This document shows positions 49,461 to 61,606 of a stretch of 64,000 nucleotides of DNA, in pieces; the stretch's first letter is position 1; the number at the start of each line of letters is the position of its first letter. The DNA is taken from the NCBI RefSeq assembly GCF_011386835.1, contig NC_088803.1, positions 32,860,001-32,924,000 of the forward strand, read 5' to 3'. This stretch comes from Chrysemys picta bellii (taxonomy: Eukaryota). A program made the translations under genes and the position numbers. The notes beneath the pieces were generated by a model. That model did no database searches. It saw only the letters and a list, made by a program, of their open reading frames with translations, and had not been told where the DNA came from.

Positions 49461-51026
49461 TAGGGCTGTCAATTAATCACAGTTAACTCACGCGATTAAC
49501 TCAAAAAAAATTAATCATGATTAATTGCAGTTTTAATCACATTGTTAAACAATAGAATACCAATTGAAGTTTATTAAATATTTTTGGATTTTTTTCTAGA
49601 TTTTCAAATATATTGATTTTAAATACAACACAGAATACAGTCTACAGTGCTCACTTTATATTATTTTGATTACAAATATTTGCACTGTAAAAATTATAAA
49701 AAAAGAGACATAGTATTTTTCAATTCACCTCATACAAGTACTATAATGCAATTGCTTTATTGTGAAAGTGCAATTTACAAATGTATTTTTGTTTGTTTGT
49801 TACATAACTGCACTCAAAAACAAAACAATGTAAAACTTTAGAGCCTATAAGTCCACTCAGTCCTACTTCTTGTTCAGCCAATCGCTAAGACATACAACAT
49901 TGTTTACATTTTTGGGAGATAATGCTGCCTGCTTCTTATTTACAGTGTCACCTGAAAGCGAGAACAGGCGTTCACATGGCACTTTTTTAGCTGGCATTGC
50001 AAGGTATTTACATGTCAGATACGCTGGTGACGCTTGTTCAAAAAAAATGCATTAATTAAATTTTGACTGAGCTCACTGTGGGGGAGAACAGTATGTTTCC
50101 TGCTGTTTTACCTGCAGTCTGCAATATATTTCATGTTATAGCAGTCTCGGATGATGAACCAGCACATGTTTTTCATTTTAAGAACACTATCACTGCAGAT
50201 TTGACAAAACGCAAAGAAGGTACAATGTGAGATTTCTAAAGATAGCTACAGCACTCAGCCCAAGGTTTAAGAATCTGAAGTGCCTTCCAAAATCTCAGAG
50301 GGACAAGGTGTGGAGCATGCTTTCAGAAGTCTTAAGAGAGTAACACTCCGATGCGGGAACCACACAGAAAGAAAATCAACCGTCTGCTGGTGGCATCTGA
50401 CGCAGATGATGAAAGTGAACATGCGCTGGTCTGCACTGTTATCAAGCAGAACGCACCATCAGCATGGACGCGTGTCCTCTGGAATGATGGTTGAAGCATG
50501 AAGGGACATATGAATCTTTAGCTTATCTGACACGATAAATATCTTGCGACGCCGGCTACAACAATGCCATGCGAACGCCTGTTCTCACTTTCAGGTGACA
50601 TTGTGAACAAGAAGCAGGCAGCATTATCTCCTGCAAATGTAAACAGACTTGTTTGTCTGAGTGACTGGCTGAACAAGAAGTAGGATTCTGTGGGCTTGTA
50701 GTCTCTAAAGTTTTACATTGTTATTTTTGAATGCAGTTATTTTTTTGTACATAATTCTACATTTGTAAGTTCAACTTTCATGGTGAAGAGATTGCATTAC
50801 AGTACTTGTATGAGGTGAATTGAAAAATTATTTTTTCAGCACAAATATTTGCAATCAAAAATAAATTGAGCACTGTACTCTGTTCTGTCAATATATTTGA
50901 AAATGTAGAAAACATCCAAAAATATGTAAATAAATGGTATTCTATTATTGTGTGATTTAATCATGATTAATTTTTTTAATCATGCGATTAATTGTGATTA
51001 TTTTTTTTAATCACTCCACAGCCCTA
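49461..51026 (+). mobile_element. Internally deleted hAT transposon (1566 bp) with C-terminal dimerisation-domain remnant
   Basis: TIRs TAGGGCTGT / ACAGCCCTA; perfect 8-bp TSD CTAATGAC. Remnants PRFKNLKCL and KYLATPATTMPCERLFSLSGDIVNKKQAALSPANVNRLVCL (about 50250-50681). Confidence 0.92.
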
Positions 51027-52763
51027 CTAATGACAATACAGTATTTCTTCTCATCTAAAGAAATGATAGTAAAGGGGAAAACAATTCACACCAGTGAAGG
51101 TATTTGCTGTGCTGAGAAGTTCCTTTTCCTTGCATACTCAAACCCTTTGCAGATACCCCTGGTGAAGTCAGTGATCCTTTCCAAGTTTTGGGACTGAAGC
51201 AGTCCTTCTCTTCAAGCAGTACATTTACAGGAAGAGGGGACAATCCCACAATCTGTGACTTAGGATGTGTCTATCAAAATGGCTTGCATTTATGTTGCAT
51301 CTCCAACTTGGGGTACTTCAGTGTAAGAAACTTCAAGCTAAGAATTAACCATCTTGCCAAAGTTCTGTTTTGGACTGGATATTTACTCCCCATTTCCATA
51401 TCTCAGTTTATTAAGTGGCTGAATGGTATTAAAGGTCAACTATTTGGTTGTGAAAGGCTGGTGGTGAAACACTTATTTTTAAAAAAATGTGTCTAAGTAA
51501 GCTTCTTACTAGCCCACTCATCTGGTGTTGGAGAGCAACCTGTGGTCCCTGCCTGCCCTGGTGGGTCTTGGGATCAATTTAGAGGTGGGGGAAATGAAGG
51601 AACGTTAAGACCTATGTGGCTCAACCTTGCAGGTGAAGTCCTGCAATACACAAGAGGGAACATAGAAAACAAATATAATTAAACAGTGAGCAAGATGCTG
51701 CTGAGCAAAGACAAACTGAGATAGTGCTCCCTGATAAGTGATGATTCAGTACTTGATTCTGAATGTATATAAGATTCCTTTTCCTGAGTAACTTATGCAT
51801 TGACAGAAAGGACTGACAACCAGCAATCTCTCTTTCCCAATTCACTTACCTGCCTTCAGCTATTTAATTGTGTCATTTACACCCTATGAACCAAAGAGAT
51901 GTAGTCCCTATTCGCAGACTCTCTAGTTCCTGCTATTGCAATTCCAGGTGTACAAAAGGAAACCACGTGGATGGTATAGCAAAGAATCTTAGATGTACTT
52001 TCTTTTTATACATTATCAAATGGTAAGTGTCAAAGACAGAATGAATACTCTAAGAAGCAGACTCCCATCATCCTACGAGTTCAGTATCTGTTTCCATTTT
52101 ACTATGTATGACTTTGTGGAAGCGATGATATGCAGAGATTGATTATAATGGGTATCCATTATACTTTAGGTGTGTGTGAAGCAACATATTTGACACCTAA
52201 CAGATGTATAGTACCCATGTGTTTTCCCTTTGAAGTGCTGTTAGCTTAACCTAAACCCATTCCCTTACCCTTCCATCCCTCAGTATCATGGTGTCCTCTC
52301 TTACCTTTGATGCAGAGCAATATAAAAAGCTTTCCCACTGTAGAGCCTGCACATACAGCTCTGATTCAGCCAGAGATTTGTCTGTCATCAACAAGTTGGT
52401 TCAAGAAAAGCTATTACGTCATCCACCTTATCTCTCTAATATCCAGGGACTGATGCAGCTACAACATTACATATCTAAATTATCCAGTACTTGACACACT
52501 TGTGGAATGCTGCTAAGAATGACCGAACAGGTTGACTATGTCACAATAAAATAACACTTAAAAAAAGTAGCAAGGAAAATGGAAACTTGTCTAGGGAATA
52601 TGGTATCAATAAAAGGAAACCAATCAGGGGTCTACTTAATTTGGAAGCTAAATTGATTCATACACCCTCTGCCCCTTCTAAATCTTCCCCGGGGTGCTGA
52701 GAAAGATAAGACATAGGTCACAAGGTTTTCTTGAACTAATGGTTTCTTCTGTATTTGTTTCAG

Positions 52764-52931
52764 GTTATTGCTGTGGTTATGGATACCTTCACAGACATTG
52801 ATATCTTCAAAGACCTTCAGGAAGCCTGTAGCAAGCGGAAAGTTAGTGTGTACATCCTTTTAGATCGTGCTTCATTTCCCCACTTTCTGAAAATGTGCAG
52901 AAATCTAGGAGTTGATCTTGAGCAGGAGAAG
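52764..52931 (+). CDS. FAM83D-like copy 2 exon 2
   Basis: TTTCAG|GTT...AAG|GTAGGC, 168 nt, open; [34 protein letters not shown]; 41/168 nt differences vs copy 1 (manual count). Confidence 0.88.
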
Positions 52932-53772
52932 GTAGGCACTGTGATACTTATGGCAACAAACAACTGGTTATTGGCCCTATTGCAACCATAACATCTAAGT
53001 TTTAAAAAGAAATATGATCTATGTAGCGCTTGCTCTTTTTTTGTAAGTTTTAACTGATCTTGAAAAACAAGGCATTAACTGCACAAACGATGATGTCTTT
53101 AGAGGTGCATTAACACCCATGTATTATATTGAAGTGATTTTTGTCTTTAACACTTGTTATGGGATTGCTGAAAGCACTGCAGACACTTTTTTCTTTATTT
53201 AAATAGCTGTAGCCATCTCATAAAGTAAATTGACTTTCCTTAGAATTGGGAATCTTTCTGACGAATGTCTTAATGTTTCTGGCCCAGATGATTAAAGTTT
53301 TTTCCTTCTTCTAGGAAATCTGTTGAAAGAGAGGTTCTCTTCCCACAAACATAAATTATTTAAAGGGGGAGGGGACTCATACAGGGTAAACACATAATCC
53401 ACTATATTTTTTAGTCACTTCTTTTGTAAGGACACAAAGGAGGTTTCAGTTCAGTTTAGTCCATTTCTTATTCCCTGAAGGACAAATACGTTGAGTGGTC
53501 TTGTTAGTCCAACAGTGTCAAGGCTCTCTGCTTTACAAAGAGGGAGACTAAATTCTGGTTCAGATTTTCACTTCGTGTTTTGCTCCCTAAGCCACAAGAA
53601 CCCCTTAGAATGGTCATTTGACTCCTTAGGAGAGAGAATCTTATGCCACTCAGCAGCATCCTGTGTTAGCTGATCAACAGCGGTCTTTAATGTTTGTAAG
53701 TTTCCCTCTTAGGTAGAAACATTTTCTCTTGATATGTCAAAACTTAAATACGTTTTTTTCTCTTTCAAACAG

Positions 53773-53897
53773 CTGATGAGAGTTCGAACTATATCGGGAA
53801 ACACTTATTGCACAAGGTCAGGAGTCAAAATTGTGGGGAAGGTCCAAGAAAAGTTTATCTTGGTTGATGGCATAAGAGTGACAACAGGTTCCTACAG
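53773..53897 (+). CDS. FAM83D-like copy 2 exon 3, GC donor
   Basis: AAACAG|CTG...TACAG|GCAAGT, 125 nt; [41 protein letters not shown]; 18/125 nt differences vs copy 1. Confidence 0.88.
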
Positions 53898-54168
53898 GCA
53901 AGTACCCTATTTCTTTTCATGTCCTTGTCTCCTATGACTTCTTTGGATTGTGGGGTGAAGGGTAATAGTACAAAACTGTTTTTCTTGTGAGCTGTTGATC
54001 GTATGTGATGTTTGCACTAAAAATTATGTTGCTAACTATCCGTAGTACAGTAACAATCTAGTTTCTTGTATTGAAAGAGAACATGTATTGGCACTATTTC
54101 AACCTTTGTGTGGGTGTATTATTTATTTTAATAAATTAACATCATTTGTGAATTTTCTCATTATTAAG

Positions 54169-54559
54169 TTTCACATGGACTGATGGGAAACTAAGCAGCA
54201 GTAACATCTTGATTCTGTCGGGCCCAGCAGTCGCACACTTTGACCTGGAATTCCGGATCCTTTTTGCTCGGTCAAAGCCCATCAACCCCAAACTGTCATC
54301 CAGTTGCAAGAAGAGTGGAATGTTTAATCAGCTGGTTAGGAGAACAAAGGCTTGCAGTGACTTGATGAAGGAAAACTTCTTGAGAATGGATTTTTTCTAC
54401 CTTAGAGCATTTGTAGGAAACATGAGAAGGAAACAGAGCTTCTTGTATGCCTCCAGGGAGGCAAAGTGTGAGTCAAATATCATCATGCAAGCATCTCCAC
54501 CGTTGACTGAGAGGAATGTCTCTGCAGTCATGAGGCCACGTTGGAGCATAGAGAGGTGA
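54169..54559 (+). CDS. FAM83D-like copy 2 exon 4 (short); spliced CDS 1146 nt = 381 aa
   Basis: ATTAAG|T TTC ACA TGG; FTWTDGKLSSSN, HFDLEFRILFARSKPINPK, then a diverged tail ending RPRWSIER-TGA (54557-54559). Confidence 0.82.
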
Positions 54560-55020
54560 GCACTGTCCACTCAACTTGAAAGATAAGAGCCACTGTGCCC
54601 ATATCCAATGCTTCCTTGCAAACCAATGTTGTAATGGTAGCCACTGGAAAACAAACCTCAAATTGAGAGATGGCAATACTCAAACAGTGGTTCTACTGAA
54701 GACCACTACAACTCAGGCCAACAAACATAAGACTGGTATTGTCTCTGCCTCCAAGGTGTGGATAACTCTCTTGTTAACTTCTTCTAGTTTTCAGTCATTC
54801 TCCTGTACTTTCCCATCCTCTACTAGATCAGTATCATCTTAACTCAATGGCTCTGGTTATTCTAAAGACTCTGGCTACTGAAAAGAACAATGCTTAAAGA
54901 TCTCCTTCTGAAAAATAAATAGAGGGGGACACTCTTCTGCTCTGAAATCAGGTCCAAGCTCAATCCTGTGTTTGGTAACCTCTCCAGCCAGGGACATTTG
55001 ACTGAAAAATGACATGGATA
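54560..55020 (+). pseudogene. Vestigial, frameshifted remnant of the FAM83D C-terminal tail downstream of the copy-2 stop
   Basis: Fragments STQLE, GKQTS, GNTQTVVLLKTTTTQANK, TSSSFQS and ATCAGGTCCAAGCTCAATC align to copy-1 STQTE, GTQTS, GTQTVVPRKTAMTQTDK, TSSSLRS and IRSKLNH; stops and indels intervene. Confidence 0.8.
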
Positions 55021-55724
55021 GCCAAACATAACATATAACCTCAATTAGATGGAAAAAGATCGATGTCAGCCTACTGGGCCTCGGACATCACACCCTTTCT
55101 TCAAATGAATGGCCGCAGCTAGGTGGAGCAAGTTAGTGCATCAGCTGCTTTTAAGCACTGTTGTTTGCAGTGTTGTTGTGGCCATGTTGGTCTCAGGATA
55201 TTAGACAGACAAGGTGGGTGAGGTAATATCTTTTATTGGATCAACTTCTGTTGGTGAAAGAGACATGCTTTTCAAGCTTACACAGAGCACTGTTGTGGTT
55301 CTACCTAGGCAACTTATTACACCATGCACAGTGAAGTACTTGAAGCATTAAAACATAGAAGTGCCTTAATTTGCTATTTGAGTTTTGAACAAATTACATT
55401 ATTTTAAATATACAATATCCTTTTTGTTTTGTAATTAAGTATGGATAAGGTTGCAAAAAGATTATAAAAAAAATCTTTTTTTAGATATTCATTTCTCTAG
55501 AATACTTTTTTTTTTCTATGCTGAAGCTTTCCCTATTTGCTTTTGCAGAACCAAATGAAGCCCTACTTCGTTATATCATTGTACGTTCTCCATACCTGGC
55601 CTGACAGGCACAGGGGCTGTTGCTTTCAGTCTACTCTTGGGACAAGTTTTATGAGAGATTTTGAAATGCAGGGGGAATCCTCCTCCCCCCACTGCACACA
55701 TTTCCCCAAAATCAGATTGTATGT

Positions 55725-55726
<2 letters not shown>

Positions 55727-55762
<36 letters not shown>
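55727..55762. repeat. Poly(A) homopolymer (36 nt)
   Basis: Directly visible; no recognisable retroelement body upstream. Confidence 0.9.
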
Positions 55763-55765
<3 letters not shown>

Positions 55766-55997
55766 AAATAGCCTGCCATTTTAAGGTCTTCATACAAATT
55801 CAAAGCTCTCATTTAAAACAAATCTAACCTTTACTGTTGCAAAAATAGTAATTGCAGCATATATTCTTGCCCTGTGGTCTCATTAATTCAGCCTTGCAGA
55901 AACTTCTCTTCAGTCAACAGTGGTATCTGCAGTAAAGTAGGAACTTAATCTTATCCCACTTCATTCATTGAGGCCCTGATTCAGCAGAGCATTTAGG

Positions 55998-56727
55998 TAG
56001 GGTTACCATACATCTGTTTTTTCCCGGACATGTCCGGCTTTTCGGCAATCAAAACCCCATCCGGGGGGAATTGCCAAAAAGCCGAACAAGTCCGGGAAAA
56101 ATACCGGCCGGGCACTTCCCCTCCCGCGGCTGCTCTGCTCCTCCCCTCTCAGACTTCGGCTCTGTTTAAGAGCCAAGCTGCCCGAGCCAGCGCAACCGGC
56201 TTCAGGCAGCCCCCCGTGCCTCCGGACCCCAGCCGCCGGCCGGACACTTCCCTTCCCGGGCTCCAGCTGTTCTGCTCTGGCGGCGCAGGGTCTGGAGGCA
56301 AGGGGGCTGCCCGAAGCCGGTAGCGCTGGCTCGGGCAGCTTGTCTCTTAAACAGAGCTGAAGAGTCAGGGGAGGAGCAGGCGGGGGTGCGGGGTCCGGAG
56401 GCATAGGGGCTGCCCGAAGCCCGAGCGCTACCGGCTTCACGGGTTTGCCGGGCAGCCTCCAGACCCTGCGCCCCCGGCTGGGCACTTCCCCTCCAGGACT
56501 CCAGCTGTGCTGGGGAAGCGCCGGCCAGGGGCGCAGGGTCTGGAGGCTGCCCGGCAAACCGTGAAGCCGGTAGCGCTTGGGCAGCCCTTTTCGCGTGGCT
56601 GGGAGGGAGGAGGGGGAGTTAGGGCGGGGAATGGGCGGAGTTGGGGCGGGGCTGGGGTTGGGAAAGGGGCGGGGCCGGGGCCCCGTGGAGTGTCCTTTTT
56701 TTTTATTTTTTAAATATGGTAACCCTA
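55998..56727. mobile_element. GC-rich hAT-type MITE (730 bp)
   Basis: Perfect 13-bp TIR TAGGGTTACCATA / TATGGTAACCCTA; flanking direct repeat ATTTAGG (7 bp). Confidence 0.88.
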
Positions 56728-56805
56728 ATTTAGGCATGGGTGTAAGTGCTTTACTGAGTCTGGGCCTGAGGTGTGAACATCTAAACCTAACTGAGGAGTT
56801 ATGTA

Positions 56806-57836
56806 CAGTAACTCCTCAACTAACGTCATCCCGGTTAACGTTGTTTCGTTGCAGATCAATTAGAGGATGTGCTCGTTTAAAGTTGCACAATACTCCCTTA
56901 TAATGTTGTTTGGCAGCCGCCTGTTTTGTCCACTGCTTACAGAAAGAGCAGCTTGTTGGAGCTAGTTGGGGCTCAGAACCAGGGTGGACCAGCAGTCCCC
57001 CTATCAGCTCCCCTAAGTTCCCTGTGGTGCAGCCGCCCAGCAGGCTACCAATTGATGGCCAGTTCAGCTGTCCCTCCCCCCCCGTGCCGTGTGCTGCTCC
57101 TGCCCTCTGCCTTGGAGCTGCTCCTTGGAGCCTCCTGCTTGCTGTGTGAGGGTGGGGGGGAAAAGAGGGGTGCTAATGTCAGGGTGTTCTCCTGCCCCCC
57201 TCCACCCTGCTCCTTTACCCCATCTCCACAGAGCAAGGGTGGGACACAACAGGGCTTAGGACAGAGGGAGGTTGCTAGCAGCAGCTGCTGTCTCAACTTG
57301 CTGATCTACTTAAAAAGGCAGTGTACTTAGAGTGGGGTCAGCGTACTTAAAGGGGCAATGCGCATCTCTCTCTCACCCACACGGGGGGTCTGTGTCTCAC
57401 ACACACACACACACACACACACAGTGTGTCTCTGTCTCTCTCTGTGTCTCCTCCCTCCATTTGTGCTGCTTTGCAGAGTGTGAGGCTACATTAAGAATGT
57501 ATTAACCCTTGAGGGCTCAGCCGAGTATTAGTTCATCATTTAGCAGTAAGGCATTCCATGGGAAATATCCCACCCTCTGACTTCACCACCTCAACCAAGC
57601 TTCACAATCATCATTGTTGTGTACAGTATTAAATTGTTTAAAACTTATACTGTGTGTGTCTGTGTATAATATATAGTTTTTTGGTCTGGTGGAAAAAAAA
57701 ATTCCCTGGAACCTAATTCTTCCCCCACCCCCAATTTACATTAATTCTTAAGCTAATCCAATTTCCCCATAACATCATTTTGCTTAAAGTAGCATTTTTC
57801 AGGAACATAACTACAACGTTAAGTGAGGAGTTACCG
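56806..57836. mobile_element. Tc1/mariner (Tigger-like) MITE, inverted relative to 46727-47986
   Basis: CAGTAACTCCTCAACTAACGT / ACGTTAAGTGAGGAGTTACCG; TA TSD at 56804-56805 and 57837-57838. Confidence 0.9.
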
Positions 57837-58453
57837 TATGTTATAAAGCATGGCAATTAAAAACAAAAAAGACACAATTTGGGGCAACCCAGTTATTGTT
57901 GCATTAAGGCTGTTTTAAATCAGGAAAAATGTAATATTCTAGATCAACATTAATTAGCACTTCATATAGCCTGTATATTTTTTATACACAACAAACAAGA
58001 AAAAAATCTTATGTGCAATAAAGATAACACTAAGATTAAAACATGACAAACTGAATGTATAACATAATTTATCTTCTGCATTTATTGTAATTGAAACTTA
58101 ACCCTTCTAATTTGCCTGATTTAAGAACATTCAATAATTGTAAACGTCCATGATGTTTTTTTATCCTTGTTTACTAGTATCTTAAGTGTGGGTTTGTCCT
58201 TTGCTATATGTCTCTCTTAAATGCAATAATCCTCTTAATGCCAATTTTGTGATCTATTCAGAATGTTCCTGTCAGGCTAACAAATTCTAAAAGAATTTGT
58301 AAGTGTCTTGTATATTTGTGTGTTCAAAATTGATGATGGACTTTTCTCTTGAATGAGATTCCCCCCCCCCTTTTATATAAAGGATTCTAAGTTTACTCTA
58401 ACAGTGTTTCCTGTATGGGCTATTGTTGCTGTGATTGAAAAAAGCAACATTTA

Positions 58454-58633
58454 CATAGAATCCTAGAATATCAGGGTTGGAAGGGACCTCAGGAGGTCAT
58501 CTAGTCCAACCCCCTGCTCAAAGCAGGACCAATCCCCAGACAGATTTTTTGCCCCAGATCCCTAAATGGGCCCACTCAAGGATTTAATTCACAACCTTGG
58601 GTTTAGGAGGCCAATGCTCAAACCACTGAGATC
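58454..58633 (-). mobile_element. tRNA-derived SINE with CR1 tail
   Basis: Minus strand: CTCAGTGGTTTGAGCATTGG head, then a CR1 3' end almost identical to that at 47993-48065. Confidence 0.85.
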
Positions 58634-59221
58634 TTTTGTATTACTTGTAATTTCAAAATGTATCCAAATAAACAGCCAGGATTTTAAGATTACTCTTATT
58701 ACAATCAGACATAATTTTCTCCAAAAGAGTTTGCGAAACAATTTTTATTTATTATCTAATAGTTAATTGCAAGACTATATTAACTAGGTAATGTTGTATA
58801 AAAGCATCACTTAAGATGAATTACAATAGTCATAGTGTTGCTCTGTCACATTATTTATGTGCATGATAAAGAGTGCTAGTGATTTAAGAAGCCAGTGAAA
58901 TGTGACTGGGGATTTTGTGGTTCTGTGAGGTTTTTCACCCTCTCTGTCAAAGATTTAATAAAGCATCAGGGTAATTGAACTTCATTGTCTGGTGATTCTT
59001 TTCCCAAACCATCAGCTGCCTGGTATAAAGTGCAATGATTTTGGTGCATATATCCTTGTGGTATCTACCACTCGTGGTAGGGAAGAAACTTGAGCTGGTT
59101 GTAATGAATATACCGGTAATAGGGATTCTTTATTGAAGCTGTTGGACAAAGATCCTGTAGTTCTCCTTTGGTCGAGCCACTACCTCAAATACAGCCTGTG
59201 CTGCCTTGTCTTATCATACAG

Positions 59222-59507
59222 CAGAGGCTCTTAAACTTCATTGCACCACGTCCCCCTCTGACAAAACCCAAGCCCCACCACCTAGGTGGAGGGGGGCAAA
59301 GCCAAAGCTCAAGAGCTTCAGCCCCAGGCAGGGAGCCTGTAACCTGAGCCCCGCTGCCCAGGGCTGAAGTCCTTGGGCTTCAGTCCCAGGCAGTGGGACT
59401 CGGGCTTCAGTCCTGGGCCCTAGCAAGTCTAAGCCAGCCCTGGCAACCCCATTAAAATGGAGTCCCAACCCACTTTGGGGACCTGACCCACAGTTTGAGA
59501 ACTGCTG
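59222..59507. mobile_element. hAT-type MITE (degenerate)
   Basis: CAGAGGCTCTTAAAC / GTTTGAGAACTGCTG ends; weak TSD. Confidence 0.6.
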
Positions 59508-59544
59508 TCAGAGGGTTTTCTTAAGGCTCGGCTAGGACTAATGA

Positions 59545-60065
<521 letters not shown>

Positions 60066-61606
60066 GTGATAAGGGGGGGGGAATCATACTTTTGTGTTTG
60101 TTTGTTTTTCTTGTGTGAATTTAAGGAAACTTTTCACAAGTCAAGCTTTGGGTCTGTGCCTAAACTGGGCCTTGAGCAGCCATAGCCATCCTGTTCTGTC
60201 TCGGTTTTTCCAATGCTGGTGCTGCCTAAAATTACATCCACTATGCTTGCCAGTCACCAAAAGGTGATTCCCTTCCAATGCTGTCCATAATACAAATGGT
60301 CACAGCAGCAGCCACTTTGCTATTGCTTCCCTGCCTTTTTACCTTGCACTGCTGAAGTCATTTTAAAGACGTAACAGGTGAGATCAAATATAAGGAGCAT
60401 TGTTGACTATTTGATCTTTTTTTCTAGTTAAGACTAATTTAGTTAGGGCTTAGCTAACATGTGGTAGCTAAGGTCAACCTAAACTCAACCTCTTTTTCTA
60501 GTTGGCCAGGTGATATGAAATCTTGCACTCAGTGGGGTGGCATTTTCTATGCTTGTCTGCAATGCAATAATGTTTGGATGCTGCATTTGATCAACTCCAA
60601 ACTTTCAGGGACTGTTGCAGATATCAGTGGACAGAACCCTATTGCTTTGGATGAAAATCAAAAAACCAGCAGGGAGAAATGGGGGGTGCACAGATCCTCT
60701 GGCATCTTGTTAGCAGGTTGAGCATCTTCAACCAACGACTGTGCCTGTAGATCAAAGAACCAGCTGGTGTCAGCTTTCCAGCATAGCAATACCCCAATCT
60801 CAGCTCTGCTGCTGTTCCTAGTACAGTTTAAACATATTGACACCCTGAATTACTTATCTCCCAGAGAGAAAGAAAAAGAATGGGTTGGAGGTGGGGGGCT
60901 GGGGCGTACATACACAGTCCTTGGCATAGGCAGGGGGGCCCATGGAAACCCAAGGGAAGGGGGAATGAGGGATACACAGAAGGAGGAAGAATGAGGAGCA
61001 CATAGCTCCTGGCATGGAGGATAATGGCATGGAGGGCACACAGAGATCCTGCATGGGAGTAATGGGGGACAATAGTATGGGGGAGGGGGAAATAGGGAGG
61101 CACGCTAAGCCCTTGCCATGCTGAGGATGGGGGAATAGTGAGCATGGGGAGAATGTGGACACACAGTGCCCCATGCATGCGGGCCAGGGGAACTATGGGT
61201 AAACAGCTGCCGGTGTGGGAGGAAGAATGGGGGACAGACAAAGACCCTGGCTTGAAGGGAAGGGGGACATGGAGACCCTGGCATGAGGGAAGGGATGAAG
61301 GGGTTGAAGAGAGTCCCTACAACAGAGGGGAGGGGAGGGGAGGGTGGCACAGAGGGAACTTGTGGCTGGGAAGAGAGAAATGCAAGGACCCTCCAGTGTG
61401 TGCAAAGTGCTCAGCCTAGGGAAGCAACAAAATGTGCAACCCTCTCATTGTGAGTGTCCCAATGCATAGTATTTTTCTTAAAGCTCCAGCTCCTAGGAGC
61501 AAATTCTTAGGTGTGAATCAAGGTTACTTTTTTCTTAATGAATGTTTCTAGCCTATCTGGTTGTAGAGGAAATCTTGAAAACATTATCGAAATGCACCCT
61601 AAAGTC

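Noticed and set aside
45556-54559. Copy 2 as another FAM83 family member (e.g. FAM83C) or a retrocopy
   Set aside because: It has the same three intron positions, the same GC donor, and tail remnants aligning to the FAM83D-specific TQT/Ser-rich region, so it is a segmental FAM83D duplicate.
55727-55762. Poly(A) run as the end of a retrocopy or of the copy-2 mRNA
   Set aside because: Genomic homopolymer with no upstream AATAAA at the proper spacing and no identifiable element body or TSD.
56003-56737. 244-aa Pro/Arg-rich ORF
   Set aside because: Coincides with a TIR-bounded GC-rich MITE; low-complexity, no domain motifs.
60880-61380. G/purine-rich stretch with several ORFs and possible G-quadruplexes
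   Set aside because: Low-complexity sequence without periodic repeat units or coding signal; no support for function from sequence alone.
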